From contig OZ244829.1 in assembly GCA_965220415.1 (NCBI GenBank), positions 2,283,337 to 2,347,336 on the forward strand: a stretch of 64,000 nt of DNA, written 5' to 3'. The position numbers were made by a program, and so were the translations under genes. The notes under the pieces were generated by a model that had not been told where the DNA came from, did no database searches, and saw nothing but the letters and a program-made list of their open reading frames with translations. Positions 20,352 to 30,946 of this stretch are shown one piece after another; position 1 is the stretch's first letter, and each line of letters starts with the position of its first letter. The DNA is from Candidatus Poribacteria bacterium (GTDB lineage Bacteria > Poribacteria > WGA-4E > JAJDTR01).

Positions 20352-21434
20352 ATGAACCCCAAACCCGGCATTGAAACTATACACCCCTACCAAGGCGGCA
20401 AGCCGATTGAAGAGGTTCAACGCGAGTTTGGCATTGACGACATTATAAAACTAGCCTCCAATGAAAACCCGCTCGGCCCCTCACCCTTGGCGAAGGAGGC
20501 AATCAAGCGAGCAGCCGCGGAGGTCAACTTATACCCCGATGGGAACGCATACTACTTCAAAAACGAACTCGCCGAACATTTGGGTGTTTCTCCGGATTAT
20601 CTCATTTTCGGGAACGGTTCCAACGATGTACTCCAGATTGTCGGTGAAACGTACATCTCGCCGAGTGATGAGGTCATCTATTCCGAAAGCGCCTTCGTCG
20701 TCTATATGCTGGTTTCTAAAATCTGCGGCGCTAAATCGGTTGTGACACCGAGGCGCGATTACGCCCATGATTTGGATGCCATGGCTGATGCAATCACAGA
20801 TGCCACGAAGGTGATTTTCATTGCCAATCCGAACAACCCTACCGGCACGATGGTCGCGAAGGACGAGACCGAGCGCTTGATGGAACGCGTTCCGGACGAT
20901 GTCCTTGTTGTATTCGACGAAGCCTACTACGAATACGTCGAGCGTCCCGATTACCCGCAAACACTCCCGTATGTGGAAGAAGGGCGCAATGTGATTATCA
21001 CTCGTACGTTCTCGAAAATATACGGACTTGCCGGACTGAGAATAGGCTATGGAATAGCAAAGCCGGCGACCATTGAAATGATGAACCGGGTACGCCAACC
21101 GTTCAACTGCAATCTTATCGCCCAAGCAGCGGGACGCGCCGCACTGAATGATGCGGATCATGTTCGCCGCAGTTTGAAGTTGAATGCCGCAGGGAAAGTC
21201 TACCTGTATGAGGCGTTGGAACAGTTCGGTCTAGAATATATCGAAACAGAAGGAAATTTCATCTTGGTTCAGCTAGGGAGATCAGGACAAGAGGTGGCTG
21301 ACGCACTTATGCGAAAAGGCGTAATCGTGCGGCCCATGGCGGCTTACGGCTTTCCCAACGCCGTCAGGGTAACGATCGGGAAACCCGACGACAACAAGCG
21401 ATTCATAACCTCGTTGCGGGAAGTATTGAACTGA
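20352..21434 (+). CDS. hisC: Histidinol-phosphate aminotransferase
   Basis: KLASNENP, NPNNPTG, DEAY, RTFSKIYGLAGLRIGY. Confidence 0.93.
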   Translation: MNPKPGIETIHPYQGGKPIEEVQREFGIDDIIKLASNENPLGPSPLAKEAIKRAAAEVNLYPDGNAYYFKNELAEHLGVSPDYLIFGNGSNDVLQIVGETYISPSDEVIYSESAFVVYMLVSKICGAKSVVTPRRDYAHDLDAMADAITDATKVIFIANPNNPTGTMVAKDETERLMERVPDDVLVVFDEAYYEYVERPDYPQTLPYVEEGRNVIITRTFSKIYGLAGLRIGYGIAKPATIEMMNRVRQPFNCNLIAQAAGRAALNDADHVRRSLKLNAAGKVYLYEALEQFGLEYIETEGNFILVQLGRSGQEVADALMRKGVIVRPMAAYGFPNAVRVTIGKPDDNKRFITSLREVLN

Positions 21435-21492
21435 TGAAGCTCGAAACCGAGTTTTTCTTCAAAACTCGGTTTCTTAACGGCCGAGGTAGCTA

Positions 21493-22623
21493 TTGATGAA
21501 TCAACTGCTTCAACTTGACAATCGAAAACTAACAAAACAGATCAATGTTGGCGGCGTGCCCATTGGCGGGCTGCGGCCGATTTCGATTCAGACGATGACG
21601 ACTACCCTCACGCACGACACGGACGCGACCATGCGCCAGATTGACCGCTGCGTGGAGGCAGGCGCTCAAATCGTCCGCGTCGCCGTGCCCGAAGAACGGG
21701 ACGCAAAGGCCCTTTCTACGCTTGTCGAGCGTGCCCCCGTTCCGATTGTTTCCGACATTCATTTCAACTACCGCTATGCACTTGACGCGATTGACGCTGA
21801 TGTCGCCAAGGTACGCATTAACCCGGGCAACATCGGGAATGAGGAGCGAATCGCACAAGTACTGAATACTGCAAAATCGGCGAACATACCCATACGTATC
21901 GGCGTCAATGAAGGCTCCTTGGAAAAAGATTTACTTGATAAATATCCCTCTCCAACGGCGGAAGCCCTAGTGGAAAGCGCCATGCGCCACGTCAAAATCT
22001 GCGAAGACCACGATTTCACCGATATCGCCATATCCGTCAAATCAAGCGACCCATTGCGCATGATTGAAGCCAACCGCATGCTCTCCGCGAAGGTACACTA
22101 TCCATTGCATCTGGGAGTTACGGAAGCGGGCACGCCGCGCAGATCTCATGTGAAATCGACGCTTGGCATCGGCACGCTGCTGATGGACGGCATCGGAGAC
22201 ACCATCCGCATCTCGATCACCGGCGATCCGGTTGAGGAAGTTCTCACGGCAAAAGAACTGCTGCGCACGTTAGGGATGACGGAGAATATACTTGACGTAG
22301 TTTCCTGTCCGTTTTGCGGCAGAGGGGATCCGGAAGCTGATTACGAAGGCATTGTCGCCGCTGCCGAAGAACTATTGGAGAAGCACGGGATAAAGATTCC
22401 GGTCGCTGTGATGGGATGCGAGGTAAATGGCCCCGGCGAAACCCGTAACGCGGAAGTGGGCATCCATCTCGGCGGCAAGGAGCTCGCCGTCCTGAAGATC
22501 CGCGGCGAGAAAGTCAAGACATTTCGCGGCAGAGACGAAGTAAATCCGCAGTTCCTTGCAAACGCGCTCTTGGAAGCAGCCATGCAAGTCCAGAGCCAAC
22601 CGGGCACTACAGAAACTCACTGA
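21493..22623 (+). CDS. ispG: 4-hydroxy-3-methylbut-2-en-1-yl diphosphate synthase
   Basis: DIHF, RINPGN, HLGVTEAG, SCPFCGR, MGCEVNGPGE. Confidence 0.95.
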   Translation: MMNQLLQLDNRKLTKQINVGGVPIGGLRPISIQTMTTTLTHDTDATMRQIDRCVEAGAQIVRVAVPEERDAKALSTLVERAPVPIVSDIHFNYRYALDAIDADVAKVRINPGNIGNEERIAQVLNTAKSANIPIRIGVNEGSLEKDLLDKYPSPTAEALVESAMRHVKICEDHDFTDIAISVKSSDPLRMIEANRMLSAKVHYPLHLGVTEAGTPRRSHVKSTLGIGTLLMDGIGDTIRISITGDPVEEVLTAKELLRTLGMTENILDVVSCPFCGRGDPEADYEGIVAAAEELLEKHGIKIPVAVMGCEVNGPGETRNAEVGIHLGGKELAVLKIRGEKVKTFRGRDEVNPQFLANALLEAAMQVQSQPGTTETH

Positions 22624-22853
22624 GGCGACATTTACGCGAATTGTCTTCCCCAATAATAAACATAAATCCTTCGTCGACTTTTCACTTATTCACGTCACGT
22701 TGAATCTCGATCCTAAGGAGTTACACGAATCTAATTCCTCCCTTGTAAAGCCTGTTCTAATCCAAAATCGTGGTGATTCTAACTAAAGGTAAAAGGTACA
22801 TCGCACATGCATTCTAAAACTATAATCTACTCTTGTAAGAGGCATCATAACGT

Positions 22854-24029
22854 ATGAAGATAACCAACATTGAAACATTTATTGTGGATGCGGGGTGGCG
22901 CCCGTGGACATTTGTAAAGATTGAGACGGACGAGGGGGTGACCGGGTACGGTGAATGCAGCGATGGTTCGTCGCCCCACGGGGTTGTGGGAACAATCCAG
23001 GACTTGAAACCGAGGTTAATCGGCACAGATCCGAGGGCATTCGAGATGCGTTTCTGGGACATGATTCGCCGCACACGGCAGAGTCCCGGCGGTATCGCCG
23101 CCAAAGCCATCGCAGGCATCGACTGTGCACTTATCGACATCAAGGCGAAGGCGCTCGGTGTTTCTGTCGTAGAACTCTTCGGCGGACCTACCCGCGATAA
23201 CGTCCGCGTGTATTGGTCGCATTGCGGCACATCGCGCGCAAGGAATTATGAACTCATCGGCGTGCCGCCGCTTAGAACAATGGAGGATATCGCTGATCTC
23301 GGGCGTGAAGTTGTTAACCGGGGGTTTACGGCGCTTAAAACCAACATCGTGTTTCCGGGGGACCCCGCGTCGCTGTATTGGAGCGGGTTTGACAGCGGTG
23401 CAGGAACAACCGACCAAGTTGCCAGTCCACAACTCCTGCGGCACATCGAAACGCTGCTCGGCACATTTCGGGATGCCATAGGTCCGGATATCGGGCTATG
23501 TTTGGACCTCAATTTTAACTTCAAAACAGAAAGTTGCCTGCGAATTGCCAAGGTAGTGGAACAGTTTGACCTCCAATGGCTTGAGATTGACATGTACGAT
23601 CCCGAAGCTATTCTGCAAATCAAGGAGTCAACGACGACACGCATCTGTACCGGGGAAAACCTGTTCTACATGCGCGAGTTTATCCCGTATTTGGAGTTGC
23701 ATGCCGCGGATGTATTGATGATTGATGTGCCGTGGAACGGATTCTCACAGTCCAAGAAGATGGGCGATCTCGCCGAAGTTTACCAAACGAACATTGCCCC
23801 TCACAACTACTATAGTCATCTCGCCTCATACATTAGCGCGAGCCTATGCGCGGTCTTGCCGAATGTCCGCATAATGGAAATTGACATTGACGATGTCCCA
23901 TGGAAGGATGACCTCGTAACCGACCCTCCCGAGATTATTGACGGTTACATGACGGTGCCAACGAAACCGGGCTGGGGAACGGATTTAAATGAGGCCGAGG
24001 TCGCCAAGCATCTATGGGAAAACCGGTGA
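22854..24029 (+). CDS. Mandelate racemase/enolase-superfamily acid-sugar dehydratase-like enzyme
   Basis: MKITNIET, ETDEGVTGYGE, TGEN, APHN, PGWG motifs. Confidence 0.88.
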   Translation: MKITNIETFIVDAGWRPWTFVKIETDEGVTGYGECSDGSSPHGVVGTIQDLKPRLIGTDPRAFEMRFWDMIRRTRQSPGGIAAKAIAGIDCALIDIKAKALGVSVVELFGGPTRDNVRVYWSHCGTSRARNYELIGVPPLRTMEDIADLGREVVNRGFTALKTNIVFPGDPASLYWSGFDSGAGTTDQVASPQLLRHIETLLGTFRDAIGPDIGLCLDLNFNFKTESCLRIAKVVEQFDLQWLEIDMYDPEAILQIKESTTTRICTGENLFYMREFIPYLELHAADVLMIDVPWNGFSQSKKMGDLAEVYQTNIAPHNYYSHLASYISASLCAVLPNVRIMEIDIDDVPWKDDLVTDPPEIIDGYMTVPTKPGWGTDLNEAEVAKHLWENR

Positions 24030-24129
24030 ATGAAACCATAGAAATCAAGGTTTGTGGATAGTCAAAGAAACACCTCAGGGATGATCCCAATCGCGTTAAG
24101 CGCAAGATTATGTAAATCTCAATCGAATC

Positions 24130-24293
24130 TATACTCCGCACTGTCAGAAATTGCGTCGTCTGTAGGAGCGATCTCCAGGTCGCGACCCTTGTACGAGGGA
24201 ACTCCGATTCCCGACCTGCTGGCGCTACGTAAGTCCTATTAGAAACAATTATCACTGGAAAAGAAAGCGCAGTAATACCCAACGCGGAGTATA
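24130..24293 (+). mobile_element. MITE family A, copy 2 (empty allele, 164 bp including TA flanks)
   Basis: TA-TACTCCG...CGGAGTA-TA; uninterrupted gtaggagcgatctcc. Confidence 0.9.
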
Positions 24294-24322
24294 GAACCAA
24301 AACCCATTGTGGAGCACCACGA

Positions 24323-24637
24323 ATGAAAGCGCCAGATAAATGCGCGAATATGGAGGACATTCGCGCGGAGATTGACCGCATTGATCGAGAAGTCATAGCG
24401 TTAATAGGCAAACGTCTTCAATATGTGCAAGCGGCGGCACGATTCAAAACCAGCACCGAGGGTGCGAAAGATACGAGCGTACGAGATATGCACCGGGTAG
24501 AATCCATGCTGAAACAGCGCAGGCTTTGGTCAGAAGAGGAAGGGTTATCTCCGGATGCAATTGAGAAGATTTACAGCGACCTCGTGGAATACTTCATCAA
24601 TGAAGAGATGACGAAGTGGAAAGCGGAAAAAGGTTAG
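24323..24637 (+). CDS. Chorismate mutase type II / isochorismate-pyruvate lyase (PchB-like)
   Basis: CANMEDIRAEIDRIDREVIALIGKR. Confidence 0.85.
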   Translation: MKAPDKCANMEDIRAEIDRIDREVIALIGKRLQYVQAAARFKTSTEGAKDTSVRDMHRVESMLKQRRLWSEEEGLSPDAIEKIYSDLVEYFINEEMTKWKAEKG

Positions 24638-24748
24638 GAGACGGGATTCCATTGAAACACTCGTTTCTCAAGGGCATCACGGCGGTCAAGTGATGTGTCC
24701 TTTGGTCCCTTTCTCCGTAAATCTTTGCCGTGTTGCGAAAGGAACAAG

Positions 24749-26029
24749 ATGAATGTTTTAGTTGTCGGTGGGAATGGGCGAGAACATGCGTTGGTATGGA
24801 AGATTGTTCAGAGCCACCTTGTCGATAAAGTATATTGCGTGCCGGGAAACGCCGGAATCGCCGAACTTGCCAAATGCCGATTGATGCCGTGGGAAGATGA
24901 ATTTGGTGAACTTGCGGATTTTGCGGAATCCGTCAAAATCGACTTGACCGTCGTTGGTCCCGAAGCGCCGCTGGCGAATGGAATTGTCGATGCCTTCGAG
25001 GAGCGCGGACTTCGTGTTTTCGGACCAAAACGGAACGCGGCGATACTTGAAGCCAGTAAAGACTTCGCCAAGAATCTAATGGTCGAAAACGGCATCCCGA
25101 CAGCCGATCACCGCACGTTCAAGAACCCGCACGAAGCGATCGCTTACATCCAAGAGATCGATTCTCCCGTTTTCGTTAAAGCGGATGGGCTTGCCGCAGG
25201 CAAAGGCGCAGTTCCCGGCAGGACAGTGGAGGCGGCTATTCAGGCGGTAAAGACAATCATGATCGACCGCGAGTTCGATGATGCCGGAGATCAAGTCGTT
25301 ATCGAAGAGGAGTTAATCGGTGAGGAAGCCTCATTCTTTGTCTTCACTGACGGGAACTACTGTTTCCCCTTGGCGAGTTCGCAAGACCACAAGATGTCGT
25401 TAGACGGCGACAAGGGCAAAAACACGGGAGGAATGGGTGCGTATTCGCCTGCACCGGTGCTAACCCCTAAAATCCGAGATTACGTAATGAATCGGATTGT
25501 TTATCCGACAATTAACGGCATGCGTTCGCAGGGGCGGATCTTCAAAGGTGTACTGTATGTCGGCTTGATGATAACCGACGACGGACCGAAGGTCGTCGAA
25601 TTTAATTGTCGCTTTGGCGATCCGGAGGCACAAGTCCTTTTGCCACGGATGGAAACCGATCTTGTCCCTGTGCTGGAAGCGTGTATTGATGGAACTTTAG
25701 CCGATGTTGAAGTGACTTGGAAACCGGGATCAGCGGTGTGTGTGGTAATGGCGTCGGGCGGATATCCGGACGCTTACGAAAAAGGAAAAGTCATTATGGG
25801 GCTGAATGAAGCCAATGTGCTGAAAGATGTTGCGGTCTTTCACGCGGCTACCAAAGCGAAAAACGGCCGGACCGTGACCGATGGCGGGCGCATCCTCGGA
25901 GTGACGGCGCTTGCAAGCGACCTTGAATCGGCGGTAGACCGTGCATATCAAGGGATAGACGAGATTCACTTCGATCAAGCACACTTTCGAACGGACATCG
26001 GTCATCGGTCACTCGCTCGTTCAAGTTAG
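24749..26029 (+). CDS. purD: Phosphoribosylamine-glycine ligase
   Basis: GGNGREHAL, KADGLAAGKG, NTGGMGAYSP, EFNCRFGDPE. Confidence 0.96.
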   Translation: MNVLVVGGNGREHALVWKIVQSHLVDKVYCVPGNAGIAELAKCRLMPWEDEFGELADFAESVKIDLTVVGPEAPLANGIVDAFEERGLRVFGPKRNAAILEASKDFAKNLMVENGIPTADHRTFKNPHEAIAYIQEIDSPVFVKADGLAAGKGAVPGRTVEAAIQAVKTIMIDREFDDAGDQVVIEEELIGEEASFFVFTDGNYCFPLASSQDHKMSLDGDKGKNTGGMGAYSPAPVLTPKIRDYVMNRIVYPTINGMRSQGRIFKGVLYVGLMITDDGPKVVEFNCRFGDPEAQVLLPRMETDLVPVLEACIDGTLADVEVTWKPGSAVCVVMASGGYPDAYEKGKVIMGLNEANVLKDVAVFHAATKAKNGRTVTDGGRILGVTALASDLESAVDRAYQGIDEIHFDQAHFRTDIGHRSLARSS

Positions 26030-26191
26030 AGGGCAATCCATTGTACACTTGAGTGAGTGCGCTGAAGTTTCCATAAAACGCCAATAGAAAATCCCTGTTT
26101 CCTATTCAACTCCTTGATCGGCTTTTTTCTTCCTCAATCCAAATTCTTGATTAGCAAATCAAGATGATATTTCTCCTTGGGGGAAAGCTAG

Positions 26192-26392
26192 ATGGAGCAT
26201 GCGAACATGACCGTTGAAGAACTACGCGAACTCATCGATCAAGGGGAAGATTCGATGACGCAACTGAAGCGTCAGTTCAATGGCGTTGATGCCGTGGCAT
26301 CGGAAATCGCCGCCATGGCGAAGCCCTGTGCGGTTAGAAAGAGATTTCTACCGCGCGAAGATCTCTATCGCACTCGCTATTCACTCGCTTGA
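26192..26392 (+). pseudogene. Truncated Schlafen/AlbA_2-domain gene fragment
   Basis: ELIDQGEDSMTQLKR...ASEIAAMA, then runs into REP/hairpin sequence that supplies the stop codon. Confidence 0.6.
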
Positions 26393-26411
26393 TCCTATTC
26401 GGTCACTTGAT
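26341..26411 (-). mobile_element. Two nested 36-nt hairpin elements inside a GTAGGTGCG...AACCGCAC REP
   Basis: Minus strand: gtaggtgcg[atcaagtgaccgaatagg[atcaagcgagtgaatagcgagtgcgatagagatctt]cgcgcggtagaaatctc]tttctaaccgcac. Confidence 0.8.
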
Positions 26412-26509
26412 CGCACCTACCGGGCCCGGGGAGAATTGGGTTATCTTACTCGTTTGTCTCTCCTCTATGATTCAGGCAACTTTGCGTAAGTTCTAACCTT
26501 GAAAATTGC

Positions 26510-28186
26510 TCAATATTCGTCTTCATATCGAATCGTGTAACGATATCCTTGCTCAGTGAGGAACAGTTGCCGATTGAGAGCAAATTCTTGATCCCGCGAA
26601 TCTCGCGTGACAATCGAGTAAAAATGGGCGATGGAGCCATCCGATTTGGGACGCAAGATTCGACCAAGTCGCTGCGCTTCCTCTTGGCGCGATCCGAAGG
26701 TGCCAGATATCTGTATCGCGACATTGGCGTCCGGAAGGTCTATGGCGAAATTCGCGACTTTGGACACAACAAGTAGCCCAATTTCACCGCGTCGAAACTG
26801 TTCGTACAGTTTAGCACGATCGGTGTTGGCTGTCTGTCCCGTAATCAACGGAGCATTTAATCGCGTAGAAATCTCATTGAGTTGATTTATGTATTGACCG
26901 ATGATAAGTACCTGATTATCTCTATGCTGCTCGATTAGCCTGAGCACAATCTGAAATTTGCGCGGATTTTCAGAAGCGACCCGGAATTTCTGTCGGGAAC
27001 CCGAGATCGCGTACTCCATGCGCAGATCGTCCGGCAAATCCACGCGAATCTCCGTACACTCTGCAGTGGCAATCCATCCCTGCGCTTCCAACTCCTTCCA
27101 TGGCACATCATACTTCTTGGGTCCAATCAGGCTGAACACATCATCCTCCTGCCCGTCTTCACGTACAAGCGTCGCTGTCAATCCAAGCCGTCGTCGCGCC
27201 TGAATCTCGGCGGTCATGCGAAACACCGGTGCTGGCAAGAGATGTACCTCATCGTAAATAATCAGCCCCCAATCCATCTCCGAAAACAGACCAAGATGCA
27301 CAAAGTTGTCGGATTTGTTTTTGCGATACGTGAGGATCTGATACGTGGTCACGGTTATCGGTCGAATTTCTTTGCGCTCACCGGTATATTCGCCAATAGC
27401 GTCCCGAGAAACGGTCGTCTTGTCGAGAAGTTCATCAATCCACTGGCGCACCGCGATTGTGGTGGTTGAAAGAATCAGCGTGTAGCACTTCGTGTTGAAC
27501 ATGCTACCAAGCCCAACAATGGTCTTGCCGGCGCCGCACGGCAGGACGATAACACCGCTTCCCCCGCGACTGTCACCGCCCGCGTAGAAAATCTCCGCCG
27601 CTTCACGTTGGTAGTCTCGGAGCCTAAAATCAAGGCCGGTTTGAGTAACTTCTCGTGGAGTAATCTCCAGAAATTTGCCTTGAACATAACCTGCCAGGTC
27701 TTCGACTGGAAATCCAATCTTTATCAACGCCTGCTTGAGATGCCCGCGAAGATGACCTGGAACTCTCACAGTATGGGGATCCAATTGCTCGCCCAAGAGA
27801 CTCTTTACCGGCTTACTGTGTGTTATTTCAGTAATAAGCGCCGGTTCATCTGCAGTCAAGACCAGACCGTCGTTCTGTTCAGCCAATTTAACGCGCCCAT
27901 ACCGAGAAACATAATCATTGATTTCCGCAATGATGTTCTGCGGCACATCATATTTTGTGTGTCGTTCGAGCGCATCCAAAATGTACTCTGCCTGCACTCC
28001 CGAAGCAGCGGCATTCCACAGCGAAAGTGCCGTAATTCGGTAGGTGTGGATGTGTTCGGGGCTCTTTTCTAACTCCGCGAAACGTGCCAATTCATCACGC
28101 GCGGACTCGTAAGTCGGATTATCGACCTCCAAGAGAACAGTCCGATCGCTCTGGACAATCATGGGATTTTGGGGATTGTATCGCAT
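26510..28186 (-). CDS. XPB/Rad25-like DNA repair helicase
   Basis: AELEKSPEHIHTY N-domain, LPCGAGKT, DEVH, LGLTAT, QRLGRILRPK. Confidence 0.93.
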   Translation of the reverse strand: MRYNPQNPMIVQSDRTVLLEVDNPTYESARDELARFAELEKSPEHIHTYRITALSLWNAAASGVQAEYILDALERHTKYDVPQNIIAEINDYVSRYGRVKLAEQNDGLVLTADEPALITEITHSKPVKSLLGEQLDPHTVRVPGHLRGHLKQALIKIGFPVEDLAGYVQGKFLEITPREVTQTGLDFRLRDYQREAAEIFYAGGDSRGGSGVIVLPCGAGKTIVGLGSMFNTKCYTLILSTTTIAVRQWIDELLDKTTVSRDAIGEYTGERKEIRPITVTTYQILTYRKNKSDNFVHLGLFSEMDWGLIIYDEVHLLPAPVFRMTAEIQARRRLGLTATLVREDGQEDDVFSLIGPKKYDVPWKELEAQGWIATAECTEIRVDLPDDLRMEYAISGSRQKFRVASENPRKFQIVLRLIEQHRDNQVLIIGQYINQLNEISTRLNAPLITGQTANTDRAKLYEQFRRGEIGLLVVSKVANFAIDLPDANVAIQISGTFGSRQEEAQRLGRILRPKSDGSIAHFYSIVTRDSRDQEFALNRQLFLTEQGYRYTIRYEDEY

Positions 28187-28369
28187 CTGTTTTTTGAAAG
28201 TGTTGGCGAAATAGTGATTGGTAGCAACCCTGTGGGCGCACAGACAGGCAATGAATGCGAACCTAGCTGAGGGAGAAAATCGGCGATTTGACGATTACCA
28301 AACCGCGTTGTCGATTGTAGAAACAGAAGTAATCGTCAAGTTTCAGGGAGGCGCCACTAGCCGGAGAAA

Positions 28370-28882
28370 TCAACATACAGTGCCGATTGTCGGCGGAGGA
28401 GAGAACACGCGCACAATTGCCCAAGTCATCTCTCTACGGAGTAAACTATCTATTCGTTCCTGAAAGATTGGATGGATTACATCCGGTGCAATCTCCGCAA
28501 AGGGCTCAAGCACGAATCGGCGCTGATGCATCTCCGGGTGGGGAATAACTAGTCTCGGTGAGTTGACACAGAATTGATCGTAAATGAGGATGTCAAGATC
28601 TATTTCCCGTGGTCCCCAGTGCATGCGCTGCTGCCGCCCAATCTTCTTCTCGATCTCTTGCAATTCCGCCAGTAATCTTCGTGGCAGCAAATCCGTTTCC
28701 ACCCTAACAACGCCATTTAGGAACCACTCTTGTTCATCGTTGCCTACAGGTTCAGTTTCGTAGATGGACGAAACTTGTACCACTGACGTGCATTCTTCAC
28801 CAGATAGGCTGTCCAAAGCTTGGCGGATATACGATTGACGATCCCCAACATTAGATCCAAATCCGATGTATGCGTATGGCAT
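28370..28882 (-). CDS. folK: 2-amino-4-hydroxy-6-hydroxymethyldihydropteridine diphosphokinase
   Basis: YIGFGSNVGDR, WGPREIDLDIL, PHP..RRFVL. Confidence 0.95.
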   Translation of the reverse strand: MPYAYIGFGSNVGDRQSYIRQALDSLSGEECTSVVQVSSIYETEPVGNDEQEWFLNGVVRVETDLLPRRLLAELQEIEKKIGRQQRMHWGPREIDLDILIYDQFCVNSPRLVIPHPEMHQRRFVLEPFAEIAPDVIHPIFQERIDSLLRREMTWAIVRVFSPPPTIGTVC

Positions 28883-28963
28883 GATGCTAGTTTGAGGCGC
28901 GAGAAATTCTCCCGCCAGAAACGTGGAAAACCAAGAAATTGGATTGTAAGGCAGCAGATAACA

Positions 28964-29980
28964 TTATGAACCTGCAGCACCATGTTCGGTTGAAGCGTGC
29001 AAATCAGTTATCAAATTCATCTGGATGTATGATTTTTCACTAGCATTAATAACAGAACCGCTTGGCGCTTCGGGCGGCATTTCTTTCAGGTAACGAAGGA
29101 CAACCGACGCACCATCGCGTGGATTCAGCTTGTGACCACCCAAACGAATCAAATCAGAATTTCCCTGCGGTGGCACTACAAAGTATTCCGGATCGACGAC
29201 AAATACAGGGAGTTTCATTTCAAGCGCTGTCTTCCCGGTATTGAACGTACCGCTCATTTTCCCTATCGCGTTTTGCTCGGGCGCCGATTCAATCACGACA
29301 ACTGCTTTCGATAGCGCACAAATCAATTCGTTCCGCATCATCGCGTGGCGTGCCAGCCACTTGGAATCGGGCGCAAATTGCGACACAGCGAGCACATTGC
29401 GCTCCCAGTTGAAATTCCTGAATTCTCTTTTCTGCCGCAATCCGGTAATGCCGTGCGGAAGCACAAGTGTCGTTGTCCCGCCTGACGCCAACGCGGCTGA
29501 ATGCGCTTCTGAATCCACTCCCTTGGCGTAACCGGATACGACATTTATCCCTTCTCTCGCAAGCCCGCCAGCAATCGTTCGTGCAACACGGACTCCCTCG
29601 TCTGAAACATTCCGTGATCCAACAATTGCAACACTATCAGATGTCAGGAGTTTGTGCTGTCCTTTGATAAACAGAATCGGCGAAATCTCGAGCAGGTGAC
29701 GCGGAAAATTCGGATCCGACGGATGCAGCATGGTGATTCCCGCATTCTTAAGTCGTAGATATTCGGTATAGATTGCTTGGCTATCCTCCACGCGAATTTT
29801 GCCATTGAGGATATTGGCTAATCTTGGAAATTGAGACAATAACTCGGTCGGATTCAGTGGGAGTGTCTCGGGTTGGCGCTGATGCTCATGCAGAATTTTC
29901 GCGATGGAAGCCAGTTTTTTGGGGCCAATTCCATGCGTTTTGCATAACCACATCCAGAAATAAGGGGCTTTTACTTTCAT
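28964..29980 (-). CDS. dprA: DNA-processing protein DprA/Smf family
   Basis: VAIVGSR, VVSGYAKGVD..AH, MRNELI. Confidence 0.8.
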   Translation of the reverse strand: MKVKAPYFWMWLCKTHGIGPKKLASIAKILHEHQRQPETLPLNPTELLSQFPRLANILNGKIRVEDSQAIYTEYLRLKNAGITMLHPSDPNFPRHLLEISPILFIKGQHKLLTSDSVAIVGSRNVSDEGVRVARTIAGGLAREGINVVSGYAKGVDSEAHSAALASGGTTTLVLPHGITGLRQKREFRNFNWERNVLAVSQFAPDSKWLARHAMMRNELICALSKAVVVIESAPEQNAIGKMSGTFNTGKTALEMKLPVFVVDPEYFVVPPQGNSDLIRLGGHKLNPRDGASVVLRYLKEMPPEAPSGSVINASEKSYIQMNLITDLHASTEHGAAGS

Positions 29981-30484
29981 TTTCACGTCCCCGTTTGTGT
30001 GAGTGCCAAGAGGAGCATCCGGGAAAATCGATCCATGGCACAGAGACCATGGTGGCTTGGAATACGGTCTTTCCGAATTCGGACAGACCGCAATGATCAA
30101 CACTCAACTTCGGTTCCCGTGCGAGATTGGATTTCAAATGTTAACTGGAGGTGTTCCCGTTTACTCTTGTGACTCACAAAATTACTACTAAATGGTGAAC
30201 TTGACCTCACTCCAGGTGAAATGCTGGCAGAGGACATTCACGATTAAACAAAACGATGGTTTTGATGCAGCGTTTCATCTGCTCTATGCCATCACATGGA
30301 AAAACGGACAGAATGTTTGCGCCCAAACAGATTGGACCGACTTGGGGAGATGAGGTTTTTTGCCATCGACACAGAAAGACTTCCTCGGTTGTTGAAATCA
30401 GCCTGTAGGTTGGATTGAGCGACGAGTGACCGAATAAGGAGTGGTATCTTGTACATCTTCCCTGTTCCGTCAGTTGATTGATAG

Positions 30485-30710
30485 CGCACCATTATCCCTG
30501 TCGGAATAATTCTTTCAGCAAGTAACACGTTCTGGTCGGAGTCCCTTTCCTCGATCCAGATGATCAAACGAGTGAATAGCGAGTGCGATAGAGATCTTCA
30601 GTGTCAATAGAATACGATCCCTCCCCACGTCTGCGCTCCAGAGGATCAAGCGAGTGAATAGCGAGTGCGATAGCAAATCCTGTGCAATGTGGAGTATTAC
30701 TTGGTAGAGA
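30485..30710 (+). repeat. Composite repeat homologous to 7620-8042, with 36-nt elements at 30563-30598 and 30645-30681
   Basis: Shares ccattatccctgtcggaataattc..., gtcaatagaa and ttacttggtag segments. Confidence 0.8.
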
Positions 30711-30946
30711 TTTCACCGGGATACGGGTTTTATGGAAATCGCTCGTCATTCCCTACAACGGAACGACAAGCAATGTGAAATCATCGCAGGAAGGTATCAA
30801 TTCAGTTTCTCGTGCAGAAAATGAGTTTACTTGGACTCTGTTTTGCGAAGGAAATATTTTGCACGTTTTGCAGCGGTACGGCTTGTGCTCCCGGTCAATT
30901 AGGGGACACGAACCTGTGTCACAATGGTGAGGAGGCGTCTCCGGAA

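Noticed and set aside
30405-30450. Possible further hairpin-element copy (gtgaccgaataaggagt)
   Set aside because: Too degenerate, lacking both conserved ends; not counted
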